A stretch of 64,000 nt of DNA from Rhynchobatus australiae (Eukaryota), in NCBI GenBank assembly GCA_034780895.1, contig JAUZTB010000118.1:77646557-77710556 (forward strand). Direction: 5' to 3'. The translations under genes and the position numbers were made by a program. A model generated the notes under the pieces. It worked only from the letters and a program-made list of their open reading frames with translations, did not search any database and was not told the origin of the DNA. Positions within the stretch are counted from its first letter, which is position 1. Every line of letters starts with the position of its first letter. Below are positions 51,081 to 64,000 of this stretch, piece by piece.

Positions 51081-51331
51081 CTCAAAGTTCTCCACTCTGC
51101 TTTCACTCTGTACTATTCCCACTGAGGGTAGCTGAGCTATGAAGCTCAATGGTTTGAGTTTGAATTTGTAAAATGACCATTCCCAAACATGGTGATGATC
51201 AAATGAATCATTTCTGCTCCTACATGATAGATCTGCCCCCATCAGCTATCAAAACAGTGCTGGACCTTCTCAACTCACCAGCAGTGAGCAAGAGGGGCTG
51301 TGGAAGAGGACAAGGAAGTATGTGCTGTGTC

Positions 51332-51333
<2 letters not shown>

Positions 51334-51371
<38 letters not shown>

Positions 51372-51378
51372 CGTGCGC
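51334..51378. repeat. (GT)n(GCGT)n microsatellite
   Basis: Direct reading. Confidence 0.95.
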
Positions 51379-51439
51379 TCATGCAGTTAGTGTGCATCTG
51401 CCCACTCAGTGTGCTATTAGGCATCTTTGTATGTCTATG

Positions 51440-54115
51440 TGTATTGATCCTTGCAACAAAGTCTGGCCTTTAAGGCCTCTGATCATCCTGGAAACCAGCA
51501 GCCACCCCCGTGTTAAAAGAAATTATACACAGACCTCTTTCATGAATCAAAAACTGGAGACCAGTGGACAATGCCAGCAGCATTAAATCTGAACATTGCT
51601 CTGTTATCATAGTCTGAGAACTCAGACACTCTGACATTGATGCTACTCCTCTAAATGACCAGTAGGACATGTCTAGCTCAAAGAACAAGGCAGTGGGTGC
51701 ATTTTCTTATGGAAAGGAAAACCAGTAAAGGAACGGTAGCTTTAATTTGTGGGTTTCATCATCAAGAATGAATTAGTCTGTTGCCTCAGCGATGTGCACT
51801 ATTGGTTAGGTGAATGTCCCATGATCGCCCACCCCAGCATGCTGCAGCCGTTAGTACATCTGCTCCAACCCTGGAAGCAATGCACAAGGCCATTGGGGAA
51901 TTGCACTCTAACCTTGAACTCTGGCCAGAGTCCCAGCAGAAGGTGGAGTCACAATGGATTTACTTGGCAACTTCAATGGCAGAATCAGAAACTCTGGAAA
52001 GATGTGATTGTCAAGGAAGGAGTAGAGAACTTTCTCCAGTGGTGCCCTACTCCTGATAAAATTCTTGGAAGACAGGCTTGTCATACCGAATCTCAACAAC
52101 TATTGGACTGAGCATCACTTAATGTGGTCTTCTACCTACATCCACCTGGCCCCAAAATGGCATGGCAAAGTTGAAAGATCCAAGAACCTCACACAAACAA
52201 AAATCGATCTGCTCAGTCAGCACCTCAAAGACAACCTGATAACTCTCAACCAGCAGATGTCACAGAGTGCCCCACTGTTCACAGCTGCTTGGAGCTCTGA
52301 AGACCAGAAAACACCTCAACTGGTTTGATGAGAACAAGAAGGAGAACAAAGGAATAATTGATCATAAGCACTGAAAGCATCATCCTGTTTCAAAGAGAAA
52401 AAAAGAATCATCTGAAAGCTGAGGTCCAACATATAAGTTAGCCTTAGAGAACAGATGCTAGCTGGTAAGAGCACAAGAGATCTAGCAACTAGCTAGATCT
52501 CACAGGCTAGTATTCACAGCATGCATAGATTCCTCAGCACTATCTACAACCCAAACAACCAGGGACTTAACTCAGTGGGAGAGAAGATTAGAGGAGGGTT
52601 TATCAAGGGTAGAGAAGAAGTCAGTGCCTGTTGGAAGGAGAACTTCAACTGAGACTCTGTTTTTCACCTGAGTGTCCTTGACTCCATACCTCAGTACACT
52701 ATCTGCCACCATCTTGGCACTTTCCCAGTCTGGCAAGAGGTTGAAAAGCCCATTCAACAGCTGAAAAACAGCAAAGCCTCTGGAGAATATGAAAACCTGG
52801 CAGAGAAGTACCTCACCTGTGCAGATGAGAGCATGCCAGAGCCTCAGAGGTCCTATAATTGTGATCACCTTCAACAAAAGAGACAAGAAAAATATTGGGA
52901 GCAGCACCAACCACTGTATGTGTTTTTTTTTGAGCTCAGAAAAGCCTTCAACAACATCAATCTGGATGGATTTTGGGGGATTCTCAGAAATTCGTTACAT
53001 ACTATGTGTAAACTATGATCCTCAGCAATGGATGTGACACAGCCCCAATCCCAATACAGAATGTGGTCAAACAAGGGTGTACAAAGTCACAATCTGACTT
53101 CACCTCACTGCCAACAAGCTCCCTGATGGGGTGGAGTTAAGCTGCAGAATGAGTAGAAAATGGTTCAGCCTTTGGTGACTCCACCTCAGAACAAGATCAC
53201 CCCAATCTCAGTCATAGTAGATTCACACTTGGTGTCTGAGTTCCAAATCATCATTAACCATTTTACTGAAGTTACAAAACGTGGACCTCACAGTAAACTT
53301 CTGGAACACATTGATCCTCTTCCAAACTCCTCTGTAATTCAACATTGTCCCCGTAATCAAAATCTATGGCTAAACCTTGGAAAACATAGACGTCCTTCTT
53401 TATCTTGGTAGGGAAGACAGACATTAATGACAAAGTTCACCAGTGCCTCCAGTGTGCCAGCACAGCTTTTGATAGATTGACAAGAGAAGTATTTGAAGAG
53501 GAAGACCTCATATTCAGCACCGCTCATGGTCTGCTGAGCAGCAGTGATCCCTGCCCTCCTTATATGCTGATGAGATTTGGACAGCCAGCTGTGGGTACCT
53601 CAAAGGCTGGGAAATACCAACAAAAGCATCTCTGCTAAAATCATCTGAATCAATTGGTAGGTGAACTAATATCAGCATCTTCTCCGAGGCAGCATCCCAG
53701 TGTCAGTGCTCTAATCACACACAACCAACTTCAGTGGGTGTCCATGTTGTCTGTAGTTCCAGCACAAGTGCTCTATTCTGAACTCTGTCATGGCAGAGGT
53801 TTCCAAGATGGCAGTGCAACCGTTCACATGTCTCCTTGACAAAATGTACCATCCTCACCAATCCATGGGATCCTGCAGAAGGTGCATCTGGGAACACACT
53901 GAGCACTTAGAATGGAGCAAGGGGAAGCTATTTGCAAATAACAGAAGGAGAGTACAGTCTCCAAAACAAGCCACCTGCCTCCACAGTCAAGCAACACCTG
54001 CCCCACTTGTGGCAGAATCTGTCATTACCATAATGGTTTCATCAGCCACCTCAGAATCACAGAAGTGGATAGGAAGCAAGTCACCCTAGTCAGCCTTGAC
54101 CCTGAGCAACTGCTT
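51440..54115 (+). mobile_element. RTE-clade LINE, near full length but decayed (APE endonuclease, RT, C-terminal Zn motif)
   Basis: Colinear frameshifted motifs: ELRHSDID, VGFIIKNEL, STSAPTLEA, LGNFNGR (cf. GDFNAR), LWKDVIVKEGVEN, LYVFFFELRKAFNNIN (cf. FxDLxKAFDxVN), VKQGC, YLG, DINDKVHQCLQCASTAFDRL, CPTCGRICHYHNGFISHLR. Confidence 0.88.
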
Positions 54116-55007
54116 ATATAAACAAAGAAAATGGTGACAGTGAATCAGCTGCCTTTTTATATCTTCTCTGATTTTCCATTATCTTTTTACACTATTGTGC
54201 TAAGATTGTCCCATTATTTGACAATTAACAATCTAAACACTGTGGCTTGTCTGTTTTATCAAGCTTTTGCTATATCACCTTAACGTGTAAGCTTCTGCAG
54301 CTCCTCTTTAAGCTTTTGAAGTATGGCATTGTTTATAAAGACAACAATTGAGGTGATTTAAAAAGATGCTAACCAGGTACTTTAACAAGTAAGAAAAAGC
54401 TGGCTTGCAAATGAGAGACCAGATAACCACGCACCAATTGAAAGTTTTCAGCTTCTGCTTTTAATCTGATACATCTGTATATTTCTATACTTGCTGCTAA
54501 GATTTGGAGCTGTAAAACAGATCTTATTACAATATAATTCACAGAATGATCTTTAGACAATGACAGTCAATATATTTCTGAAAAATAGCTGGTGTAGTTC
54601 AAGTATGGACATCTCAGATTTGCTTTGCATGAAAAATTCTTTGGCAGAGTGTATTGTCTCTTTGGATCAACTGTAAACACTGAGGTCTTGTAGTCAATCT
54701 GCTGAGTCTGTTGTTGGGAGTAGCACACACCCTTTGCAGTTTTAAAATACAAACTATTTCCATTCATATGACTGTAAATATAAAACTCTGCCCTTCTTGT
54801 TTGTGGAGGTTTGTAATGTGCCTTGCTCTTTTGTGGTGGTGTCAAGGCTGGCTTTTTTAAGAGGTTGACTACAGAATGGCTGGCATTGAACTGGTTTTGA
54901 ACTAGATGGTGTAATGTTTTGACAGTTTGCAGTAATTTTGATATTTGGGAACTGAATAACAGACCCTGTATGACAGTCTTATATTCACATTAATACTAAA
55001 TTATTCT

Positions 55008-55289
55008 GGTAGTGTAGTGGTTAGCATAATACTATTACAGTACCAGCGACCTGGGTTTAATTCCGGCCACTGTCTGTAAGGAGTTTGTACACTCTCCCTG
55101 TGTCTGCGTGGGTTTCCTCTGGGTTCTCTGGTTTCCTCCCACATTCCAAAGATGTACAGGTTAGGAAGTTGTGGGCATGCTATGCTGGCGCTGGAAGTGT
55201 GGCGACACTTGTGGGCTGCCCCTAGAACTCTCTATGCAAAAGATGCATTTCACAGTGTGTTTCAATGTACATGTGATGAATAAAGATAT
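55008..55289 (+). mobile_element. V-SINE (HE1-like), full length
   Basis: ggtagtgtagtggttagc (A box), gggtttaattcc (B box), ctgtctgtaaggagtttgtac, ggtttcctcccacattccaaagatg, and a 3' tail ending gaataaagatat. Confidence 0.9.
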
Positions 55290-55389
55290 AGAGGGATCAG
55301 ATCTCATCAGGAACTATTTTTCTTACCAAAAATTTTAGAATAATTCAAAAGGTGCTGCAACTTTGATAATGTCAAGGTCATAGGAATCC

Positions 55390-55514
55390 AGGGTCTCGGC
55401 CTGAAGTGTTGATTGTCCATTTCCTTCCACAAATGCTATCTGACCCTCTGAGTTCCTCCAGCAGCTCCTTTTATTTGCTCCAGATTCCTGCATCTGCAAT
55501 CTCATGTGTCTCCA
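55390..55514 (+). mobile_element. Penelope-like terminal repeat fragment
   Basis: agggtctcggcctgaagtgttgattgt…tgaccctctgagttcctccagcagc…gctccagattcctgcatctgca, flanked by taggaatcca and taggaatgca (possible target-site duplication). Confidence 0.75.
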
Positions 55515-58500
55515 TGGTGTAGGAATGCAAGCAGACCAATGACTGTGTGTGTATTACTCTTGGCATTAAAGCTATTTTCCTCTAATGAGAACTGTATGAC
55601 TCATAGCAATGCAAAGATTGCAAGTTCCATTAATGGTTTAGTTATCAACACACTGCCTTGTGAGATTAAGCCATCTGGACTATGAGAGTCTTGGTATTCT
55701 TCCTTGGGCAAAATGAAGTGCCTCAAGATTTAAATAATCTGTCACTTTTCAATACCAAGGCTCAAATCTAAAACAAATTGATATCAATGAGTAGTCAACA
55801 CCAATGGAGCTGTGTTGAAGCAAGAGCCTAGAAAATGAAGAAGATCTATAATTTGCTGCATTTGTGTGCTTTAAGCAAAGTACAGGAAATTCATTAAGTT
55901 GAGGAAGTGACAGTGAGCATGGGTCTATGATGTTGCTGACCTCATTGCTTTGATCTCAAACCCCCAGTCTTGCTTATAAGTGTCCATTTACCAGTCATGC
56001 ACAATGCAAGTAGTGACCAAGGTCACTAGCTTACTGCAATCAGCTCTTTGTCTTACTTAAGCACATTCCTGCAGCGAGTGAATGCAATGAATACGGAACC
56101 AGTTCCTGGCAAAAACACAGCCAACCATGAGAAAACTCTTCAGAGCAGCTTGGCCTTCTTTTACAACTTTGGTTGACATAGTTATGGCTTAAACTCAGCA
56201 AAGCAAACTCAAATCAATTTTGAAATCCCCTTTCACATTTACATCCAAATGGTTGAAGGTCAAATTGTAATTTGTACCTTCCTGACCTGCCAACATTGGT
56301 CTGAAGTGACCTTTCCTCAGACTTGGCACAAACTTTAAAACACAACATGAGTTTTAATATAATTGACAGTAATTCTTACTTATGGCAAGATTCTTCAGAA
56401 GCCACTGGTGTTTACAACCTGTGCACGCGAAAATAAAGGCGACATGAAAATGAATATAAATGAGAATGTAATTTATATTATATATTTATGTTTAAGGTAT
56501 GTGAGGATGAGAGGTGTTTCAGTGAGCCAGGATGCTAAAGGATGGTTTCCTTCTGTATTGAGTTGCCATAGTGATGCAAATAGAGTGAATAATGAGGTAA
56601 TCGCTTATGGTGGGGAAGTGGAGAAATGCACAGCTTCTGAAGATGTCTTTTCTAAAAAGAGTGGATGGTGCTTACATGTCCCCACTCATCCTGCTTTTTT
56701 GTCCGTTTAGTTCTAATCTGATTATTCAGTTTATGACTTTAGGAAAAGTGGGAAATGTGCTCACACGGTAGGCATTCACCTTTTGGCCCTCTTTGATTAG
56801 CCACCCATGTCTTTCTATTACCATTTCCTTTATAGGGGAAGAATTAACTTCGAACTCCCAAGCTATTCTTTTTCTGATACATTTTGGGGATTATTGTGAA
56901 ATACTTTCACACCTTTTCTTTTGGGGGCAGAGGCTGGAGGAATAATTTCCATGTTAACTTCCAGGAAAGCATTGAATTGAATTAAATTCTGCCATCATCC
57001 TTTCAGTTCAAGATTAACATTTTTTTTCTGTTGATTTTTTAAGAGGGCTTTGTGGAGAATAGACTTTAGCAGACATTTGTGATGCATGCTTTTGTGTGAG
57101 TTATATAGTCACGAAGATCACTTTTTCCACCAGCTTTGCTACGGCAGAAGAAAAAAGCCCCTCCTGTTCAAGGATGAAAGCTGGAGACTAATCTGCTTCC
57201 ATCTGGAAAATCAGAGAGCCAGGGGTTGCAGTCATGAGGTCACGTCCCTTATGTAAACTGTCAGATTCTTTTTACATTAAAAACTTATCACGTAAATACC
57301 AACTGAGGACTTGTCAGAGACACTCCTAAGAATGCAAAGCCAGACTCTTCCCTAAAAAATGAAGGGCTCTGTTATAGGAGGAAAAATGACTGCCTTGGCT
57401 GTCTGCATAGTAGTTATTATTCTATTGGGAGTCAGCAGGAAGAGAGAATCTAAGTTGCTGCAACAAAGCCATAAGACCACTGTGGCAAGAGATGTTCAGA
57501 GCATGAACTCACATTGCACTTTCACTATTATATTTCTCCACTGATTCCTAAACGGTTTATTTTCTTTAGTCTTTGAAGTCATTAGATGGGAAGAAAACAG
57601 AGGTATTGAATCCCCGGGGATGTTGTTTCTGTACGAAGCAGATAGTGTGCTCTCCGGTGTGACTAAAATTGGGGTATTTGCTCAGGAAGCTGTGGATGCC
57701 AGCTGGGCAATGGGATGGCAGGGATTCCTGCCTGAATGTGAGAAGATCAAAGATCCACTGTCGGGGTCTGCACTGAGTGTGTGCTTTAGATAGGACAGTT
57801 TGTCATCAGAGCGGGTAGCCTCAACTGAAATAACGCGTCTGCTTTTTTATTTGAGGCGTCTCCAAATAATAATAGTGGGAATATATTAGGAGATGTGGTT
57901 ATTGTCCCATGACTTGGTGATTGTCTATCAAGATTCAGGCATGCAGCAACAGCAAGGAAGATGGACTACTTCCTGGACAATATCCTAAACTTAATTGTAT
58001 ATCTGTTGAATGGATGGTAGAAGAAAGAGGAGGAAAAACTAAACTTGCTTCTTGTATTATTCACTCATTTCATCTTTTTCTTAAATTCCTCTGCTTAGTG
58101 ATGCAGTTGTATTTGTTCTGTGTACCGTTTGCCCAGATTATGTGGTTTAATAATGAGGCTGCTGAAACATCTACACATGCTCCCAGCTCACTATCACTAC
58201 CTTTTGATCAGTATTTTGCGTCTATAACACTTGTCACATTTTAGCTGTTTCACCATCGCAAACTATGTACATTAGATTACTTTAGCTCTTTCACCACAAG
58301 TCCTCAAATACATTCTGCATTTGCCAGTTTAAAAAGAATCATCTAGAAATCAGATTGTGTGGCACTGTTTACTTCAGTACCAAGTGATAGAAAATGCTTT
58401 CTAAGTAGTTGTGCATCATGCCAGAAATGCATGCAAGCACTTCTTGACATGTACCGTGCTTGCACATCTGATAACATTTTCACATCAAATGTGCAGTAAA

Positions 58501-60929
58501 TTACATCATTCTTTGTGCAGTGCTCCTTTAGGGGTCATGCAGCGGAGTTTAGATCATGTTCTTCCAGGAGCAACCCACCACTGGACCCCTTGGCTTTCAC
58601 GGTGCAACACCTGACTAAGACCACACTATGGTACCCGACATCCGTAGGGTCCAACCACCCCACTGCCCGAAACTATGCTTACCCCAAGACCACTATCCCA
58701 TCCCCAATACCCCACAATATCCCCTCCCCTCCCCTGTCCTCTGACCACTTATTTGATTTCCACTCCTGATCACAAATCTCCCACCTCTTGTCCCTTAATG
58801 ATCCCTAATGCCAGACCTATGACCACTGACTGTCTCATCTACCCCAGCCTCCATCCTATGCACCACTTTTGGTGAAGAGGTGCACAGCCTTGGGCACTAT
58901 TAAAGTTTGCTGTGGTGGGGTCCATGGCCAAAGCAATTATTGGCAGACCACTGTCATGACCACCTAATGTACCTGTCAGGGAACAGTAGAATTTCTAGGC
59001 CAGTAACTTCACTGATGTTTGTGTAAGTTGGATAAGCATTTGACCCACAATTTATTACTGAAGTTGTTTGGTGACATTAAAAGTTTGTCCGTCAATAAAT
59101 ATAAAATGTTTCAGAAAATGCCTAGAATGTTCCAATTTTGTTTGCTTCATTTAAGGAGCATTGAATTCATAAAGTATATCCAGCAAATGCTCTTTTGTCG
59201 GGACAGTGTCCTATATCTAGGTACAGCTGCCGAAATATATGGTCATCAGAAAGGCATCAATCCCAGTATAGTGAACAACTTGAAATTCAAAACCTATGAT
59301 GACCTTGTTGGTTAGCAGACTACTTCCTTTCATTAAGGACTTCAAGGTGTATATATAATATCCAGATGAAACCTTGGATTTTTTTTGGTGAATTTGAGCA
59401 CCATATTTTCCCTATGTGACAGGTTTCAATGCAGACTACATTAGGCGCCGTCTGTGAGATTTCAAAATGAATTATGAATAGTGCAAAGTTCTACTGTGCA
59501 AAGCTTGAATAATAATTACTGTTGGCGTTAATTTGGTGGGCGTCAGAATGTGGGATGGGAAATGCAAATACCAAATTATTTTTCTTAAGTGAGCTCTGGG
59601 ACATTGTAGGGTCAGACTAAAGAGAACCTGATCATCATGCTTCGCTCAGTCTGACAAAGTACAATTTGGCTTTTTAAAAAAAAATTGAAGGTACACAGTA
59701 TACTAATACTTAATCAGTAACTTGGAAAAAAATTCTCTCCTAAAGTAAATGGAAAAATGTAATAAATTATAGACACAAGGAGACATCATGGTAGCTTTGC
59801 CTGTTAAGATACAGATTCCCAAGGGAAAACTGATCCCAGCTGAATTTTTTGTCTGGTAATTCCCTTGAGGTGGGGTACATTGGAGGGGATGGCAGTCTGA
59901 GACAATTTTGGAAAATAGGAGAGTCCCCTCTCAGGGTCCAAGTGTGTTGTGACAGAGGTGAATGAGTCACAATCTTCTCTGAACATGACGTGTATTTAGA
60001 TATTTGAAACTGTGATCTTCATGTTATATTGCTGTTGGAAAACTTCTGACACACTTGTTGAGGGAGCATAGGTACCATCAGTAGTAATCAGGGAGTGAAT
60101 TTCTCCTCTCCCTCTATTCTCAGTGGACAATTGTCCTCATTCACTGAGTACTTTTGATTTTTTTTAACACTCTTGACATCATGACAAATGTCATGCTTTG
60201 TATTTCATAGTTGCCCCAGTGTGAAATGCGACAGTTGTCATTTATGCTTACAGGCAGATATATTTAAATCATCCTGTTTACAGATATTTCCATTTTGAAA
60301 GCCTCCTGCTATTTACACCAGAAGCCAATGGCATTACGACAAATTTCAGCAGCGTATTTAGGCAGCAAACATTTAACAGCATGAGGTTCAACATTAATAT
60401 TCAAACCACAGACTGAAATGCAAACAGCACCTGCCTTGAACCTAGGTCATTTCTCAGGAAAAAGTATTTGGAGAATGGCCATACGGTGGCTTTGAAGAAA
60501 TGTAATCAACATAACCTGAAGCTTAGACGGTTAAGATAGAAATACGTGTTACCAGATTTTATCATACACACTCCATTGTCTGCAGTAATGTGAATGATGC
60601 CCTTTGTAAAATGGATTTGCACTTGCTTATAACAGATTCATTCATGCACTCCTGTTCAGACACCTAACTGCACAGAATTTCAGAAGCCCTGCTTACAAAT
60701 AGCTGGAGGTTTGTATAGATAATTCAGCTGGTATGTAATTCAGAATGTTCAGAACATTCAGTACCAATTCTTGATATTAGGTGTAAAATCAGTTGTACTC
60801 ACATGATAATGGCAGACAATACCAGCACTGAACACTCATTCTGAGACTTTTGATGACCAAGAAACATCACAGATCTAATGTCTGATCATTTAACATTATT
60901 TGGGGTTGTGAAACTGATCAAAGCCCGAA

Positions 60930-61110
60930 GTAGAGATGAAGGTTGCTTGGTACAGTAGGTCAAGGACCTTTCACATTTGGGATCTGGATTTGAAGTCATC
61001 CCAGTCTTATGAGGAAAGATTTTGCTTCTCAGGTCACTGGCTGACTGATCGAGCACCTCGCCTTGGTGGGAATCACCACCAACTTTGGGGGCCATTTCCC
61101 TGTGCAATAT
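60930..61110 (+). mobile_element. tRNA-derived SINE head, LF-SINE-like
   Basis: cctttcacatttgggatctggatttgaagtcatcccagtc resembles the recalled LF-SINE head cctttcacctctgggacctgggttcaaatccagcccag. Confidence 0.4.
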
Positions 61111-62411
61111 CTTTGCTGGTGTACATTTTCTAAGCNNNNNNNNNNNNNNNNNNNNNNNNNNNNNNNNNNNNNNNNNNNNAGATAGTTGAGAAACTGAGCT
61201 GGTCAACAGACAGGAAACTATCGAGGTGGTGGTGGGCGGGGGTGCGTGGTGTTTGCCTTGGAGATTACGGTATTTTGGGCTGCTTCCTTTTCAGAACTCA
61301 GTATATATGAGTGAAGCCTGCATGAGCTGAAGTGCATTGGTTATCTGTGTACAGGCAACCCCTGTGTTACTGCTGTTCAGGTTATAGAAGTCATAATCAC
61401 TATTCAAGAAATTTGAGACACAGAATAAAATTCGCTTTATTGGGAATTTATGTGGGGGGAAAAATAAATAAACACAAAATGCAAAAGGAACAACAAGTTT
61501 TGTCAATTTTTATTTTTAGTCACTCAATTCTGTGGGGCAATAAAATTTGGGTATGACATCACCATGTCAATTAGGTTGGCAGTCACAGCTGAGTACCTCC
61601 TCTGCCACATACTTTCCAGTCTGAGGACATGTGAACAGACATCTCAGAGTGCAGTGCTGCCGTGCTGTTCATCCACGAGGTACCTTCTCTGATGTGCTGC
61701 ATTGTGAGGATGTAGCCTTGGCCAGTTCCTTAGAGTAACCCCTCAGCCTTTACTCCACTTCCACTAAGTCACCGTGCTTCAACCTGTTACCACCCAAAAC
61801 TCCCTCTACTCCACCTTTCTCCCTTGATCCTCTGTTTGCAGCCTGATATCCCCACTTTTCTGAACTCTTCATAATCCACAGGCCTTTCACATCAGAGAAA
61901 GCGCCTTGCAGAAGAAGAGCACGGCAGCACTGCACTCTGTTCACAGGCCCCCAGATTGGAGAGGGGGTGGCAAAGGAGGGACTTAACTGTGACAGCCAAC
62001 CCAATCGACGGGGTGAACCTCATATCCAAATCTTATTGCACCGCAGGACTGACTGACTCAAAATAAAAATTGCTAAAATGTGTTGTTTCTTTCACAGGAG
62101 CCTTGTCCGTTTCCCCCCACCCCCACCCCTCCCAAGTCTAATGTTAGCCTCAGCTGTTAAATAGTGGTAGTGGGTCACTTTATAACTACTGTAAAATGGC
62201 TTAATATGAAAGAAAAACATCCCATAGGAACACATCTCTGGGATTCAATGGGAAAAGGGGGTTTGCTTTACAGAAAATTGCAATATGGAGGGATTTTTAG
62301 GAATGCAACAGCTCTATAATGAGGGGTTGCCTGTAAACTGGAGATTTTCACTTTGCTCAAATTAACAAGGTTATTATTTATAACTGGCCAAGGCTGCTGA
62401 GCTGCCTCAAG

Positions 62412-62590
62412 GAAGGGACTTGCATTTCTCTAGCACATTTCACAAGCACAGGAAGTCTTAGCAGCCAGTAGAGTGTTAATGACATACTGTGTGATCCAAA
62501 AGCCTGGAACTAACTACCTGATTTTACTGATTGGGAGCACTTCACCACTACATGTGGTGAAGGCAGCAGTGGCAGCCATGCCCAAATCCT
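62412..62590. mobile_element. Short DeuSINE/L2 tail fragment (-) followed by a LINE 3' fragment (+)
   Basis: gacttgcatttctctagcacatttcacaa resembles the tail at 28215. cctggaactaact…gaaggcagc resembles the family at 3030-3325. Confidence 0.45.
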
Positions 62591-64000
62591 ATGTATAAGG
62601 TAAAATTAGNNNNNNNNNNNNNNNNNNNNNNNNNNNNNNNNNNNNNNNNNNNNNNNNNNNNNNNNNNNNNNNNNNNNNNNNNNNNNNNNNNNNNNNNNNN
62701 NNNNNNNNNTATGTATAAGGTAAAATTAGTGTAGTTACTTGTGTAACATCGGAAAATGCAGCAGTTACTTTGTTGAACATTGTGTCCTACAAACAGCAGT
62801 GTCATAAGGATCATACTCTGTTTTACTGTTATTTGGCCAAGTCATAAATATCGATCAGGACACCTGAATGAGTTCTATGCTCCATATTCAGTAATACCAT
62901 GATATCTTTTACAGGGGGCAGATGAGATATCCCATTTAGTAAATGGTAGTGGGACTTTTGGTAATGCATTTCAATACTGAGTGTCTCATTTCCATTTCTG
63001 AACCCTAACTCCAATCCATTTCCATGGGGCAGATTAAGTTAAAATTGTCTCCATGGGTTGAAAGCTTCTCCTCACTGCTGGTTGCGAAGCATCTACTGTG
63101 ACTTTAAATCGACCTAATTCCAATTGTTAATGAAAATGAGGCATTAGCAAAAAATACTCCTAATTTGTTCTAAATATCAATTTCACTTTCAAAGGTTACA
63201 AAATGGTTGGCATGGGAAATGGAAAAGGTCACATTGGTGTAATAAGGTCTGCTCTACTGAGGTTTCATTTGAGGGGTCTGTTAAGGCAAAGCAAAAAATT
63301 ACTTTACTCAAAACATCTTACATAGCCAGAGAGGACCCTTGGGACTCATAGTATTCTCTGTGCTTGTGCCAATAATCTTTATCATGACAAGCACAAAATT
63401 CATTTAAAAGGAAATGCCGAAATAATATATTTTACACTATTTGTAACTGAAAAAAAATAACTATGTGGAGTATCAATGACTTGTGTTCTTAATTAACTGT
63501 TGTTAATTTAGAAAAAAAATAAAAATGAAACTAGGAATAGAACTAAGAGTTCGTCATTATCTAAAAGTGGATGGATGCTTTTCCATGTCTTAATTAGAAA
63601 GCACAGAAGATTGAGATGATTACCCACAAGCCATTGCTGTTTCCTCGTACTAATTGACTCAGTGTGTATGCCAGGTCATTCTTGCATTCCGTCAGGCAGT
63701 GTATGTAAAGGCATTGAGGCGAGCCACCTGCTTTTCTAAATGCATTAAAACATGGTGTCACTTATGAAATTATTGTTGTTTGACATTTAAAATGGTGCAT
63801 TAATCACAGTTAATTATGTGACATACTACAACATGTGCTAGAGGCCAGTTGCAGAACTAGCTACTGTGGGTGATTTAAAGGCAAAATTAAGTGCCTTGCG
63901 GTGGATATTTTACTGCTGCGTGCTGCTTATGCAGAGCAGTCATCTAAAATAGGATTGTCTGAGAAATAAATACCAGCAGCCTCTGCCTTGTAAGCTGAAT

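Larger units (their letters stand above)
12038..64000 (+). other. efna5: efna5 intron 1 (partial, continues beyond the window)
   Basis: Starts at the GTGAGG donor. No sequence encoding exon 2 ([23 protein letters not shown]-like) was recognised downstream. EFNA5 intron 1 is known to be very large in vertebrates. Confidence 0.75.

Noticed and set aside
55008-55075. tRNA-like sequence with A and B boxes
   Set aside because: It is the head of a V-SINE and continues into the V-domain, so it is not a tRNA gene.

Overview
Vertebrate genomic DNA from a gapped scaffold, almost certainly a cartilaginous fish (shark or ray), judged from the repeat families present. The one recognisable host gene is the first coding exon of ephrin-A5 (efna5) at 11919-12037 (+). 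It encodes [39 protein letters not shown](R), ends in a phase-2 GT donor, and sits in a CpG island of about 2.6 kb. It is absent from the ORF track because it is under 60 aa. I found no exon 2, so 12038-64000 appears to be the start of a very large intron 1. The rest is decayed transposons (V-SINE/HE1-type, DeuSINE, LF-SINE-like, CR1, L2, RTE, Penelope-like with hammerhead remnants, PIF/Harbinger, Tigger-like MITEs), simple repeats and several enhancer-like non-coding blocks. Almost all listed ORFs are spurious or TE debris. I see no convincing new multi-gene system. The best leads are a triple GACAnnTGTC palindrome cluster (60125-60240), a hammerhead-like fold in unique intronic sequence (19449-19497), Penelope-derived inverted repeats, LF-SINE-like copies and promoter architecture (CTCF sites, a possible upstream exon). 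Repeat family names come from recalled consensus similarity, not from database searches.
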